Assembly: GCA_027487145.1 (NCBI GenBank)
Contig: JAIYEC010000070.1
Coordinates: forward strand, 4,477-68,476
Source: a bacterium
Lineage (GTDB): Bacteria > Patescibacteriota > Minisyncoccia > Phycocordibacterales > UBA918
Length of the DNA: 64,000 nt
Direction: 5' to 3'
In this document: positions 18,410 to 27,687 of the stretch, one piece after another
Numbering within the stretch: position 1 is the stretch's first letter
Layout: the number at the start of each line of letters is the position of its first letter
Notes under the pieces: generated by a model
What the model was told of the DNA's origin: nothing
Databases searched by the model: none
Seen by the model: only the letters and a program-made list of their open reading frames with translations
Translations under genes and position numbers: made by a program

Positions 18410-21400
18410 TTATTTATTTTTTGTTATTGAGAAAATAAATTGTTCAGTATCAGTCGCTACCACTTCCCCATCAGTATCAGCGAAGATAAGTTCACTTGCA
18501 CCAACTGTCTTTACCAGCATGTCGTGATAGGTCTCAATGGCAGTTCGGCCAGGATGTGAAGTACTGATGGTAAGGACAATTGCATCCTGGGGCGCAAGAC
18601 CTTCGGTCTTGCGCCGTCCCTGCACTGCTCGCATCAGTTCACGCACATTTCCTTCGGCAATAAGTTCTGGGGTAAGAACAGTATCAATCGAAACAGCATC
18701 TCCAACGATGTACTTCTTGGCATTCATCTCATCCAAAACAATTATTCTCAGTTTTTCAGAAATATCAGAACCGGTGACACTCATGATAGGTTGTCTTACC
18801 TTAATATTTGCTTTTGTTCGAGCATCAAGCGCTTTCGCTACGATATCTCGCACAATGTTCATGTCTTTAATTACTTCTTGTGGGACCAGGGATGTCTCTG
18901 GCCACTTTTCAAGATGGACGCTCTCTGTATCACTATCCTCTTTTACCTGCTGCCACAGGTACTCGGCGTAGAATGGCATCACTGGAGCCATTACTTTAGC
19001 AAGATCTCTGAGGACATAACGAAGAGTTGCAATTCCATTAGTCCTATCATCTACGTTATCCCCCTTTAGCCTGTCCCGACTTCGTCTGAGGTACCAAGTT
19101 GAGAGATCATCAATGAAATCTGTGATTGGTCGGACGGCTTTATCAAGTTCATAGCCCTTGTAGCCTGCAGTCGATTCGTTTACAAGTTCTTGTAAACGAA
19201 TGAGTATCCATCTATCAAGAATATTCGTAGAAGTAGTATCAGCTTTTGTACCATCCCTTACCATCTGAAACATCTCAAATACATTATGTAGCCGTCCGAT
19301 ATTCTTGCGCTGTAGTTCGAGTACTTCTTTTTCTGAGAAGTTGAGGTCTTCTCCCTTTACAATCGGGGCTGAGAGCAGATAGAAACGCATAGCGTCTACT
19401 CCGGTACGATTGGCCAGCTCCATTGGGTCGGGGTAGTTTTGGAGTGACTTACTCATCTTCTTGCCATCCTCCGCGAGTGTGAGTCCATTTACCACTACAT
19501 TCTCAAACGGACTCTTTCCAAAAAGTGCTACTCCAAGAACAATCAATGAATAGAACCAGCCACGGGTTTGGTCGAGTCCTTCAGCAATAAAGTTGGCTGG
19601 GTAACAGGTTTTGAGAAACGCTTCAGGATTTTCTCCCATGAAGTGATGCTGAGCGTACGGCATCGATCCACTCTCAAACCAACAGTCAAACACATCTGGC
19701 ACACGTTCGAGCTGTACGCCATTTTCAAACAACGTAATGTTATCGATGTACGGACGGTGGAAGTCGAGTTCAAAGTGGTCGTTGTGTGGGAAAGGTGTGA
19801 AATCAATCTCGTGGAGACTACCAGTTTTAATATCACCTTCGGTATCCCAGCCTTTGACAATATCTTTATCAGAGACTCCTTCAGCTCCCCACTTCAAAAG
19901 GCGAAGTGGTAAACCATGTGAGACAAACAAAATATTTTTGCCTTGGTGTTTTGCTTCAACCTCAAATAGTACTTCGAGCATTCGACGCTTAATCTGCTGC
20001 CAACTTTCTCCACCCTCTTGATGAGCTGTCATTTTCTTATCTGGGGGGAGTCCGTCACGATAGGCATACCATTCTTCAACCGGACGACCCTCTAATACTC
20101 CGCCTTCATTTTCACGCAATCTCTCATCGACGATTACTTGCTCAGGAGAAAGACCAAGTGTCTGTGCTACTAACGCGGCCGTATCTTTCGTTCGCTTAAG
20201 TGGCGAGACATACACAAGATCGATTTGTTTATCGGCTAGTTCAGTGATAGTGGCTGCTACCTGCTCCTTCCCTCTTTCAGTCAGGGTATATGGATCTGAT
20301 GGAGATGAACTTAGAATGTGGTTGATGTTATGTTCTGCCTCACCATGACGCATCATGAAAAAGCGGTTGTTGTTTTTTGGTACATATGCCTGAAGTTCAG
20401 CTAGTGATCCGAATACCTTATAAGACTTCGTTTCAGGATTTCGCCAGATCGGAAGCGGTGCACCCCAATAACGCTGACGAGAAACCGCCCAATCGCGAGC
20501 TCCCTCAAGCCACTTCCCAAAGCGATTGCTTCCCACATGGTCTGGGACCCAATTCACGGTATTATTTGCTGCAAGCAAATCATCTTTAATGGCTGGAACA
20601 TTAACGAACCACGATGTAGTCGCGTAATTAAGAAGTGGTGTATCACAGCGCCAACAGTGCGGGTAGCTGTGGGTGATATTTTCTTTTTTTACAACCACTC
20701 CCTTGGCCTGCAAAAATCGCAACACTTCAATGTCGGTATCTTTATGATCGACCTCCGCTTTATCGTCGTCCTTTGGCTTCACCAGACGACCGGCAAAATC
20801 GGTGACGAAGTCTTTAAAGCGCCCTGCCTCATCAACGTGATGGAAGATTGGTACGCCATGGGCTTGAGCCAGCTTCATGTCGTCATCACCATAGGCTGGT
20901 GCAATATGTACCGCACCAGTACCGTCCTCTCCTACTTCGACATAGTCAGCATGACGAATAACCCAACCGTTCTCAGCTCCTTCAAGTTGCTGTTCTTGGA
21001 TATACGTAAATGGTGGCTGGTATCGCTTTCCAACTAAATCACTTCCTTTCATTTCTTCTACCACCTCGTGAGCGATATCACCTAGTTGGGCTAGTCGGCC
21101 TTTGGCTAAGATGTAATATTCACTCTCAACTTTTACCTTTACATAGGTAATGTCGCTATGCACCGCAGCTGCGATATTTCCTGGCAGGGTCCATGGCGTA
21201 GTCGTCCAAACAAGGAGACTCGTGTCAGTTGCATTACCTGAATCATCTAAGAGTGGGAGCTTCACAGTCACGGCAATATCTTTGATGTCTTTGTATCCTT
21301 GGTTTACTTCAAAGTTAGAGAGCGTCGTCCCACAGCGTGGACACAAGTGCATAGTCTTGAACCCTTCAAATACCAATCCCTTATCATGAAGTGACTTAAA

Positions 21401-21931
21401 CACCCACCACACACTTTCGGTATAGGTACTATCCATCGTCTTGTAGTCGTCAGCCATATCAACAAACCGACCCATTCGGGGAATAATCTCTCGCCAATCG
21501 TCAGCGTAGCGCATCACTGCACCGCTCGCTTTTTCGTTAAAATTCTTCACGCCGTACTCTTCGATGTCACGCTTGGTACCAAGTCCAAGTTCTTTTTCTA
21601 TCAGGTTTTCAAGTGGCAAACCGTGACAGTCCCACCCCCACTTTCGTGCGACCTGATAGCCATTCATCGTCCAAAAACGCGGAATAGCATCTTTGATGGT
21701 TCCAGCCAAAATATGCCCATAGTGTGGTAGACCGGTGGCAAAGGGTGGTCCATCATAAAAAACAAATTGTCCTACCGGCGCGGCGCCAGCTGGTGTCTCT
21801 AACGTCTTATTAAAAATATCTCGCTCTCGCCAAAACGTGAGCATAGCTTCTTCACGAAGTGCAACGTCACTTTTTGGGACATCAGACACCACTTCAACTG
21901 TGTCATTTTCACGACCATGTATTTTGTTCAT
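18410..21931 (-). CDS. ileS: isoleucyl-tRNA synthetase (type 2 / eukaryote-like) with an inserted histidine-phosphatase (PGAM-like) domain
   Basis: PFATGLPHYGH (HIGH), KMSKS, CP1 editing region, WAVSRQRYWGAPLPIW and DCWFESGSMPYAQ. An insert of about 190 aa between the last two carries RHGEAEHN, SPLKRTKDTA and FVSHGLP. Confidence 0.9.
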   Translation of the reverse strand: MNKIHGRENDTVEVVSDVPKSDVALREEAMLTFWRERDIFNKTLETPAGAAPVGQFVFYDGPPFATGLPHYGHILAGTIKDAIPRFWTMNGYQVARKWGWDCHGLPLENLIEKELGLGTKRDIEEYGVKNFNEKASGAVMRYADDWREIIPRMGRFVDMADDYKTMDSTYTESVWWVFKSLHDKGLVFEGFKTMHLCPRCGTTLSNFEVNQGYKDIKDIAVTVKLPLLDDSGNATDTSLLVWTTTPWTLPGNIAAAVHSDITYVKVKVESEYYILAKGRLAQLGDIAHEVVEEMKGSDLVGKRYQPPFTYIQEQQLEGAENGWVIRHADYVEVGEDGTGAVHIAPAYGDDDMKLAQAHGVPIFHHVDEAGRFKDFVTDFAGRLVKPKDDDKAEVDHKDTDIEVLRFLQAKGVVVKKENITHSYPHCWRCDTPLLNYATTSWFVNVPAIKDDLLAANNTVNWVPDHVGSNRFGKWLEGARDWAVSRQRYWGAPLPIWRNPETKSYKVFGSLAELQAYVPKNNNRFFMMRHGEAEHNINHILSSSPSDPYTLTERGKEQVAATITELADKQIDLVYVSPLKRTKDTAALVAQTLGLSPEQVIVDERLRENEGGVLEGRPVEEWYAYRDGLPPDKKMTAHQEGGESWQQIKRRMLEVLFEVEAKHQGKNILFVSHGLPLRLLKWGAEGVSDKDIVKGWDTEGDIKTGSLHEIDFTPFPHNDHFELDFHRPYIDNITLFENGVQLERVPDVFDCWFESGSMPYAQHHFMGENPEAFLKTCYPANFIAEGLDQTRGWFYSLIVLGVALFGKSPFENVVVNGLTLAEDGKKMSKSLQNYPDPMELANRTGVDAMRFYLLSAPIVKGEDLNFSEKEVLELQRKNIGRLHNVFEMFQMVRDGTKADTTSTNILDRWILIRLQELVNESTAGYKGYELDKAVRPITDFIDDLSTWYLRRSRDRLKGDNVDDRTNGIATLRYVLRDLAKVMAPVMPFYAEYLWQQVKEDSDTESVHLEKWPETSLVPQEVIKDMNIVRDIVAKALDARTKANIKVRQPIMSVTGSDISEKLRIIVLDEMNAKKYIVGDAVSIDTVLTPELIAEGNVRELMRAVQGRRKTEGLAPQDAIVLTISTSHPGRTAIETYHDMLVKTVGASELIFADTDGEVVATDTEQFIFSITKNK

Positions 21932-22164
21932 ATATAAAACTAATTAATGTATATCAGACATTCCTAAAAGTGCTATGCCGGCGAACTTCGCTCATCACAC
22001 CACTTTTAGAGCTATGGTGTATCAGACCACGTTCAAATAGTACCACCCTTTCTAGATTTGGGAACCTTTTAGATACTTGTGTTTATGAATGCTTGCATTA
22101 CCAAAAAAGAAGAGTATTATCGTCAGTCGCACTACATCACTTGATACTTGCAGGGGGACAAACC

Positions 22165-22632
22165 ATGGCAAATACTCGTAAACGTAAAGATGTTCTTTGT
22201 ATCCGCTGTTCAGACAGTCGTAGTCGACTGCCGAGAAAGCTCCGATTTCTTCAATGGTTTAACTGGCTGCCGTGGCTGCCGTTTGTCTCAGTACATGAGA
22301 TCCGTAAGCCTGGTGGCGTAACAAATACCTACTATCGGGCTCGCAACACCAAACAGGAATTGCCGCTAGAGAAGTTTAAAGCGCTTCTGATCGAAAACAT
22401 CGATGTGATGGTGAAGATTAAGGATGTGAACGAAATTGTGATCATTTCTCACAATCTTTGCGGCGCGGCAGATGCTCTGGGTTTTACCTGTGAGGATACT
22501 CTCCAATCAAATATTGACTTCGTTCAAAAAATCAAAGAACTTTATCCCACAGTTAAGATCACGGTACTGCATGAGACTCATTCGGCGTCTGGACTCTGGC
22601 ATTACGGACATCGTCTAGTCCTTACATTGTAA
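22165..22632 (+). CDS. small beta-class carbonic anhydrase-like protein
   Basis: CIRCSDSRS (C-x-D-x-R) and ISHNLCGAA (H-x-x-C-G), RBS ggggga. The longer ORF from 21859 overlaps ileS and was trimmed. Confidence 0.5.
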   Translation: MANTRKRKDVLCIRCSDSRSRLPRKLRFLQWFNWLPWLPFVSVHEIRKPGGVTNTYYRARNTKQELPLEKFKALLIENIDVMVKIKDVNEIVIISHNLCGAADALGFTCEDTLQSNIDFVQKIKELYPTVKITVLHETHSASGLWHYGHRLVLTL

Positions 22633-22762
22633 GGGTTTCACCATGATGCCAAGGCGGCGCAGCAATGCGCCGCTCTTTTTCTTTTACCTATCCCCCGAAT
22701 CTATCATTACATTGTTGCCATGACTCACTTTGAGGAGTATCATGCGCATCTAAAAATTACAT

Positions 22763-23170
22763 ATGTCAGAAAATAATCAAAATGGTCTTGCTATCACGTG
22801 CGTTGATGCTCGCCTGCACCGTTATTCAATTACTCCGCAAGTTGCAGCGTTACTCGGTGTCGATAATGTGTACGTTCGAACATTAGTCGGCCCAGAATCA
22901 CGCATTTTAGGGGGTGAGCAAAGTGTTCACTTGCAATCACTCCGTTTATCAATGACCGATCTTGTACCACTAAAGAACATTAAAAAAGTAGCTGTTATCG
23001 GTCATTGTGATTGTGCTGGACATCCAGTTTCAGATCAACAACATGAAAAGGACTGTGTGTCTGTTATCACAGTATTACGAGAATTTTTTCCGGAACTTGA
23101 GTTTGTACCAATGATTGCTAGTGAGGCTGAAACTGAAAGACCTTGGAACGTTAGAATAATTGGCTCGTAG
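22763..23170 (+). CDS. small beta-class carbonic anhydrase-like protein (paralog)
   Basis: ITCVDARL (C-x-D-x-R) and IGHCDCAGH (H-x-x-C-x-G), 135 aa. Confidence 0.45.
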   Translation: MSENNQNGLAITCVDARLHRYSITPQVAALLGVDNVYVRTLVGPESRILGGEQSVHLQSLRLSMTDLVPLKNIKKVAVIGHCDCAGHPVSDQQHEKDCVSVITVLREFFPELEFVPMIASEAETERPWNVRIIGS

Positions 23171-23294
23171 TTCACAATGACAGCGTATACCCAAAGGCAC
23201 ACGCTGTTTTTTGTAAAAAGAAAAAGCCGGTTCTCCCCGAAGGGAAAACCGGCCACGCCTAGGCGTATTAGTTTGAAGGGTGCCGAGAGGAGTG

Positions 23295-24737
23295 TTAACC
23301 CTCCTTCGGCTTTGCCAGCTGTAGGTGAAGTGCCTCGCGCGTACTCCAGGGACCACAGAAGCCGAGAGTGACAATCGCCACCCAGGCAGTGACCGGCAGC
23401 ACGAGTTCGAGACCAGGGATGTTCTCCTTGGCAATTACTGCTGCCAAGACGACGCCGATTGCACCAACCTGCCGAACTGAGGCGATGTATCGAGCCATTC
23501 TCATCGTGACCTGCTTGAGCGCCATGGGAATGGCAAGGCCCAAAAAGGCTGATGGGTACCTGACGAAGATCAGCAACACGGCTGACAAAACGCCAAACAT
23601 CCAGAAGTCCCAGAAGGGACCCCACTCGACAAGACTGCCGCCCAACACGAAGATGGGAGGAATGAACAGCCGTTCAATCTTCTCATCGTACGCGTGCTTG
23701 CCATGTTCGAAGTGTTTTTCAGCCACGAGTATGAGCCCGGCCCCAAAACACCCAAGGAAGACGTTGCCACCAAGCCAGCTCGTCAGACAAAACGCCGCGG
23801 CTTGTGCAAGCACAAAAGCCCAGATGTCGTAGAAAACTGCATCGGAAGCCTCGGTGGACTCTTCCTCGTTCGGTTCACTCTTGCTCTTGAGCTTGAGAAT
23901 ATCCCGAATGGTGGCATCGTTACCCTGCACTTCGATTTCGCGGAACACTTGAAGGATGTACAGGGCCAAAGCCCCAGCAAAGCCCCCAACGAGAGCCCAG
24001 CCCACCTTAGCGCCGAGAAAACTTGCTGACTCAGCACTGAACACAGCGCCGAATCCATCTTCATATCCCCAGACCCGAACCAGCGTACCAGTAACGGCCA
24101 TGGGGAGGAATGTTGCAAGCACCAGGAGCGCACCAGTGACATCAGTCAGTCCACTTTCGGTGAGGACAATATCCCGAGCACGAGGCACAAACCAGGTAAG
24201 AGCAACCATGATCGGAATCAGGGCTGCTGGATCTGTCGAAGCCAAGATGGCACCGGTCATAATTGCCGAGACAGCTGACACCTCGATTCCAAGAAGTGGC
24301 CCGAGGATGTAATATTGGCCGACGGCAAACAGGAACGCGGTTGCGAGCAGAGTCACCACACTGAGGAGTGAGGTCACCAGCAGGGTCTTCATGAAGTCGG
24401 AGATCTTGATGCTCAGTCCCGTTTTCAAGAGAACACTAGTGGCAAAATAGACCAGCGCACCCACAACCACTTCACGGAGTGATTCCATGTATGTTGCAAG
24501 GATGATGCCGAAGATGAGGAAAAGCATTTCCCGAGGGAAGATGGTTCTCCTTGCAAGCACGACACCAGCGATGATGCTAAACGCAATTGCGCCAAGAGCT
24601 CCCACGTAAGGAGCAACGTGCCCCTCGGTTCCCTCATGGAGACTGTGCGTGAACGCAGAGCCGAACTGGCGGAGCCAGATCGTAATGCCGACTGCGATCA
24701 CAATCAGCAGATACGGTTTGATTTTTGCAAAGCTCAT
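23295..24737 (-). CDS. monovalent cation:proton antiporter (CPA1/NhaP-like)
   Basis: Polytopic membrane protein with the ILASTDPAA motif. GC content is clearly above the surroundings, and every frame here is an open ORF in the track. Confidence 0.6.
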   Translation of the reverse strand: MSFAKIKPYLLIVIAVGITIWLRQFGSAFTHSLHEGTEGHVAPYVGALGAIAFSIIAGVVLARRTIFPREMLFLIFGIILATYMESLREVVVGALVYFATSVLLKTGLSIKISDFMKTLLVTSLLSVVTLLATAFLFAVGQYYILGPLLGIEVSAVSAIMTGAILASTDPAALIPIMVALTWFVPRARDIVLTESGLTDVTGALLVLATFLPMAVTGTLVRVWGYEDGFGAVFSAESASFLGAKVGWALVGGFAGALALYILQVFREIEVQGNDATIRDILKLKSKSEPNEEESTEASDAVFYDIWAFVLAQAAAFCLTSWLGGNVFLGCFGAGLILVAEKHFEHGKHAYDEKIERLFIPPIFVLGGSLVEWGPFWDFWMFGVLSAVLLIFVRYPSAFLGLAIPMALKQVTMRMARYIASVRQVGAIGVVLAAVIAKENIPGLELVLPVTAWVAIVTLGFCGPWSTREALHLQLAKPKEG

Positions 24738-24852
24738 GGCTTTACCCCTTTTCGATTTTGATGAACTTGAGAACAGTCACCCACAAATGTGGCACCCTCA
24801 TACAGTACACAAAAAACCTTATTTGTCAAACTTTTTTTGAGCTTTTTATAGA

Positions 24853-26550
24853 TTACATCCGCTCTGGAGCTTTGATACCAAGTGTCCACAAACCATTTTT
24901 GAGGGTAGTAGCGACAGCTTTAGCGACAGCCGCTTTGTATGTAGCATATTCATCAGAGGCATCAGCGATTTTCTCATGCGCATAGAAAGAATTGAACTCC
25001 CCTGCTAGTTCAGTGAGATACCCAGTGACTTTGTGCGGAGCGCGATCAGCTAATGCACTTATGATAACGCTCGGAAATTGCGCGAGCAACTTTTCTACCG
25101 CATACGCACTAGGTGGTACAACCTGGATACTTGGAAACACACCAGCTTCTTTGGCTTTATCGAGCACTGACTGAATGCGAGCGTAGGTGTATTGCAAGTA
25201 CGGACCTGAGTCTCCTTCAAATGAGAGGGCGCTATCTTTATCAAAAACTGAGTTTTGGAGAATGTTTCCTCTAAGCGTTGCATACTTGATTGCGGCGATT
25301 GCGATGTCACGCGACAATTCCATATCTTCAAGACCACTACTTATTTTCATCTTCTCAAACGTAGCCCCAGCCACTTCGTCAATAAAATCAATTGCTGCAA
25401 TCACATCCCCTGTTCTCGAAGACATTTTTCCTGATGCAAGCCGCACCGTTCCATGTCCGATATGTTCTGTTTTAGCTGCAAGACCCGGATACACTTCCCC
25501 CATCGCAGAGAGGAGAACCTTGAAGTATTCAGTGATTTCATTTGCAGTTGAAATAACTGAGTGATCATATTGACCAAGACGTTCTTCTTTTAGTTTTGCA
25601 AGCGCAAGTTCTTTTGCTTCATAGGTCGGAAGTCCCTCCTTGTTTAAAAAGACGCGAGTATGAAGCCCTTTTGACTCGCCATCATAAATCCGAGCTCCGT
25701 CACTTTCTAAGAAGATTTCTGGATTATTAAGTACAAGCTCCTTCCCTCTTGGACCAGCTTCACTTTCAAAAAAGTACTCATCAAATTTAGTATCAACGAG
25801 CGCATAAATTGTCTCAAAGTACTCAAGGGAAACCGTTCGTCCAGCATCATAAAGCGTATTAATGGTACTGTCTTCTTTACTATATATTTTTTTATTTATA
25901 TCTCGTATCGCGAGAGCAGCCACTTCGTCTGTTTTATAGATGGTTGCACCAAGGGCATAAGCTCTCCCAAGATCTCTAGCCGAAAAAGTGCTTTCCGGAG
26001 TAAGTCCAAGCTGTTGCATCCCGTAGATGGCATGAGCCACATGAAGTCCAACATCTCCCTGATAGTTCACTCGCTTTGTGTCGGCGCCATTCATCATGAA
26101 AAGTCGGGCGATACTTTCACCCACAGCATTCGTGAAGAGATGCCCAATATGAAATTCCTTAAATGGATTTGGGTCGGTGTATTCAACCACCACCTTCTTT
26201 CCTTTCCATGACTGATTACGACCCCACGCTTCTTCATTTTGAAGAATTGTATTAAGTGTATCGGTGAAAACTTCACGAGATACAATGAAGTTAAGAAAAC
26301 CAGGACCAGCGACTTCAATCGACGCAACGTGCGGGATGGTACCTTCAAGCGCCGCGAGTAATTGCTCGGCAATTACTCGCGGCGCTTGGCCGGCTTGTTT
26401 TGATGCCGCCATAGCTACATTAGAAAAATAATCAGCGTGCGCAGATTTATCAGTTGGATAATCCACCACAAAATCTACCGCTTCAATTCCCAGGCTCTTG
26501 AGCGCGTCTGTGATAGAGTGTCTAATCGTCTCCTTCATGTGTGGGTACAA
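24853..26550 (-). CDS. argS: arginyl-tRNA synthetase
   Basis: N-terminal add-on domain, the HIGH-region variant FHIGHL, and a DALR-type anticodon-binding C-terminus, 565 aa. Confidence 0.9.
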   Translation of the reverse strand: MYPHMKETIRHSITDALKSLGIEAVDFVVDYPTDKSAHADYFSNVAMAASKQAGQAPRVIAEQLLAALEGTIPHVASIEVAGPGFLNFIVSREVFTDTLNTILQNEEAWGRNQSWKGKKVVVEYTDPNPFKEFHIGHLFTNAVGESIARLFMMNGADTKRVNYQGDVGLHVAHAIYGMQQLGLTPESTFSARDLGRAYALGATIYKTDEVAALAIRDINKKIYSKEDSTINTLYDAGRTVSLEYFETIYALVDTKFDEYFFESEAGPRGKELVLNNPEIFLESDGARIYDGESKGLHTRVFLNKEGLPTYEAKELALAKLKEERLGQYDHSVISTANEITEYFKVLLSAMGEVYPGLAAKTEHIGHGTVRLASGKMSSRTGDVIAAIDFIDEVAGATFEKMKISSGLEDMELSRDIAIAAIKYATLRGNILQNSVFDKDSALSFEGDSGPYLQYTYARIQSVLDKAKEAGVFPSIQVVPPSAYAVEKLLAQFPSVIISALADRAPHKVTGYLTELAGEFNSFYAHEKIADASDEYATYKAAVAKAVATTLKNGLWTLGIKAPERM

Positions 26551-26557
26551 TAACGGA

Positions 26558-27649
26558 TTATTTGATCAATGTCACGGGGGAGCCTTTACCGCCGACATCA
26601 ACATAGGCTGTTGAGCGACCCAGCACCTGCCCTCTCCCTGTCTCTACGCTACACCGCCATAAACCATCTCCAACGTTACTAATTGTTGTATACCCGCGGT
26701 ACCCTCCCTTATTGGTACCAGCAATTGGATACTTGATTCTAGCTCTATCCACCCATGTTCCATTTTCATCTTTATACTCCCAGCGATGATAGATATCTGT
26801 ATGGAGCTTAGCCGGAGCATATACCCGAGCAAAACAAGAAAGGGTTGGCGCGGTTGGATGCAGTGATTCTTCCATAAATGGCAGCTGTCGCCACCACGCT
26901 TGTGGCTCAGTCACTACCCGATACACGCCTGACTCTGGCCCGGTAACACTATGAGCCATCGTGAGCTCGGTGAGTGAGAGTGGGATAGGAGGAAGCACGC
27001 CTGTGAAATACAAAATATGAAGCGTTGCATAAATAGAACCGATAACAAGAATGACGCGACGGGTATTAGCCCGCATATAGTTAGGAACAATTCGGTATAA
27101 CATCTGAATGACAATCGTCACCCACACCAAAGCAACTACACCACTCAAGACAAACATAAGATCTCCCATGGCTCCAAACACAATTGGGAGTACTAGCACG
27201 ATGTATGAAAAGAGACCGATGAAGTAGAGTGCCAAGTGATACACCAACCGATCCGACCGTTTATGTACTAACTCGTTACCAAAAATAACCGAGAGAATAA
27301 GGAGAAGAAACGGTGCACTGGTGACCCAGTCTCCACTTCGTCCGTAGAAAATGAGCATACCTGAGAGAAGACCTCCAAATGAATACTGCATCACCCCAGG
27401 CATAAACCGGCGAAGCGTTCGAGAAAATTTCTCTCCCCACCTCTCAGCCACACCGGTATAAAACAGCAAGAGCGAAATAGACGCTAAGGTTGCGTAGCCA
27501 AGAAGAATCAAGTTGTCAGTCAAATTATCAACTTGATTCAACAAAATTAAGTCAGTACAAAAACCTAGTACAAAAGAGAGCGTCAGCCAGTGCTTCTTTA
27601 TTTGTTTCTTTGCTTTTTGCCAAACGGTTGGTTGCATTCCCTTTATCAT
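26558..27649 (-). CDS. hypothetical polytopic membrane protein with a C-terminal soluble domain
   Basis: Eight or more hydrophobic helices and then about 120 aa of soluble sequence. Confidence 0.45.
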   Translation of the reverse strand: MIKGMQPTVWQKAKKQIKKHWLTLSFVLGFCTDLILLNQVDNLTDNLILLGYATLASISLLLFYTGVAERWGEKFSRTLRRFMPGVMQYSFGGLLSGMLIFYGRSGDWVTSAPFLLLILSVIFGNELVHKRSDRLVYHLALYFIGLFSYIVLVLPIVFGAMGDLMFVLSGVVALVWVTIVIQMLYRIVPNYMRANTRRVILVIGSIYATLHILYFTGVLPPIPLSLTELTMAHSVTGPESGVYRVVTEPQAWWRQLPFMEESLHPTAPTLSCFARVYAPAKLHTDIYHRWEYKDENGTWVDRARIKYPIAGTNKGGYRGYTTISNVGDGLWRCSVETGRGQVLGRSTAYVDVGGKGSPVTLIK

Positions 27650-27687
27650 AACAGAAGAAGCGCCAGCGTAGCTGGCGCTTCTTTACA

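Noticed and set aside
21859-22164. Long N-terminal extension of the first beta-CA-like ORF, starting inside ileS.
   Set aside because: It overlaps the ileS coding sequence. The ATG at 22165 has a good RBS and begins just before the conserved C-x-D-x-R motif.
23035-24312. Seven overlapping ORFs in all frames across the antiporter gene.
   Set aside because: They are a consequence of high GC content with few stop codons. Only the 480-aa minus-strand frame has a coherent polytopic transporter sequence.
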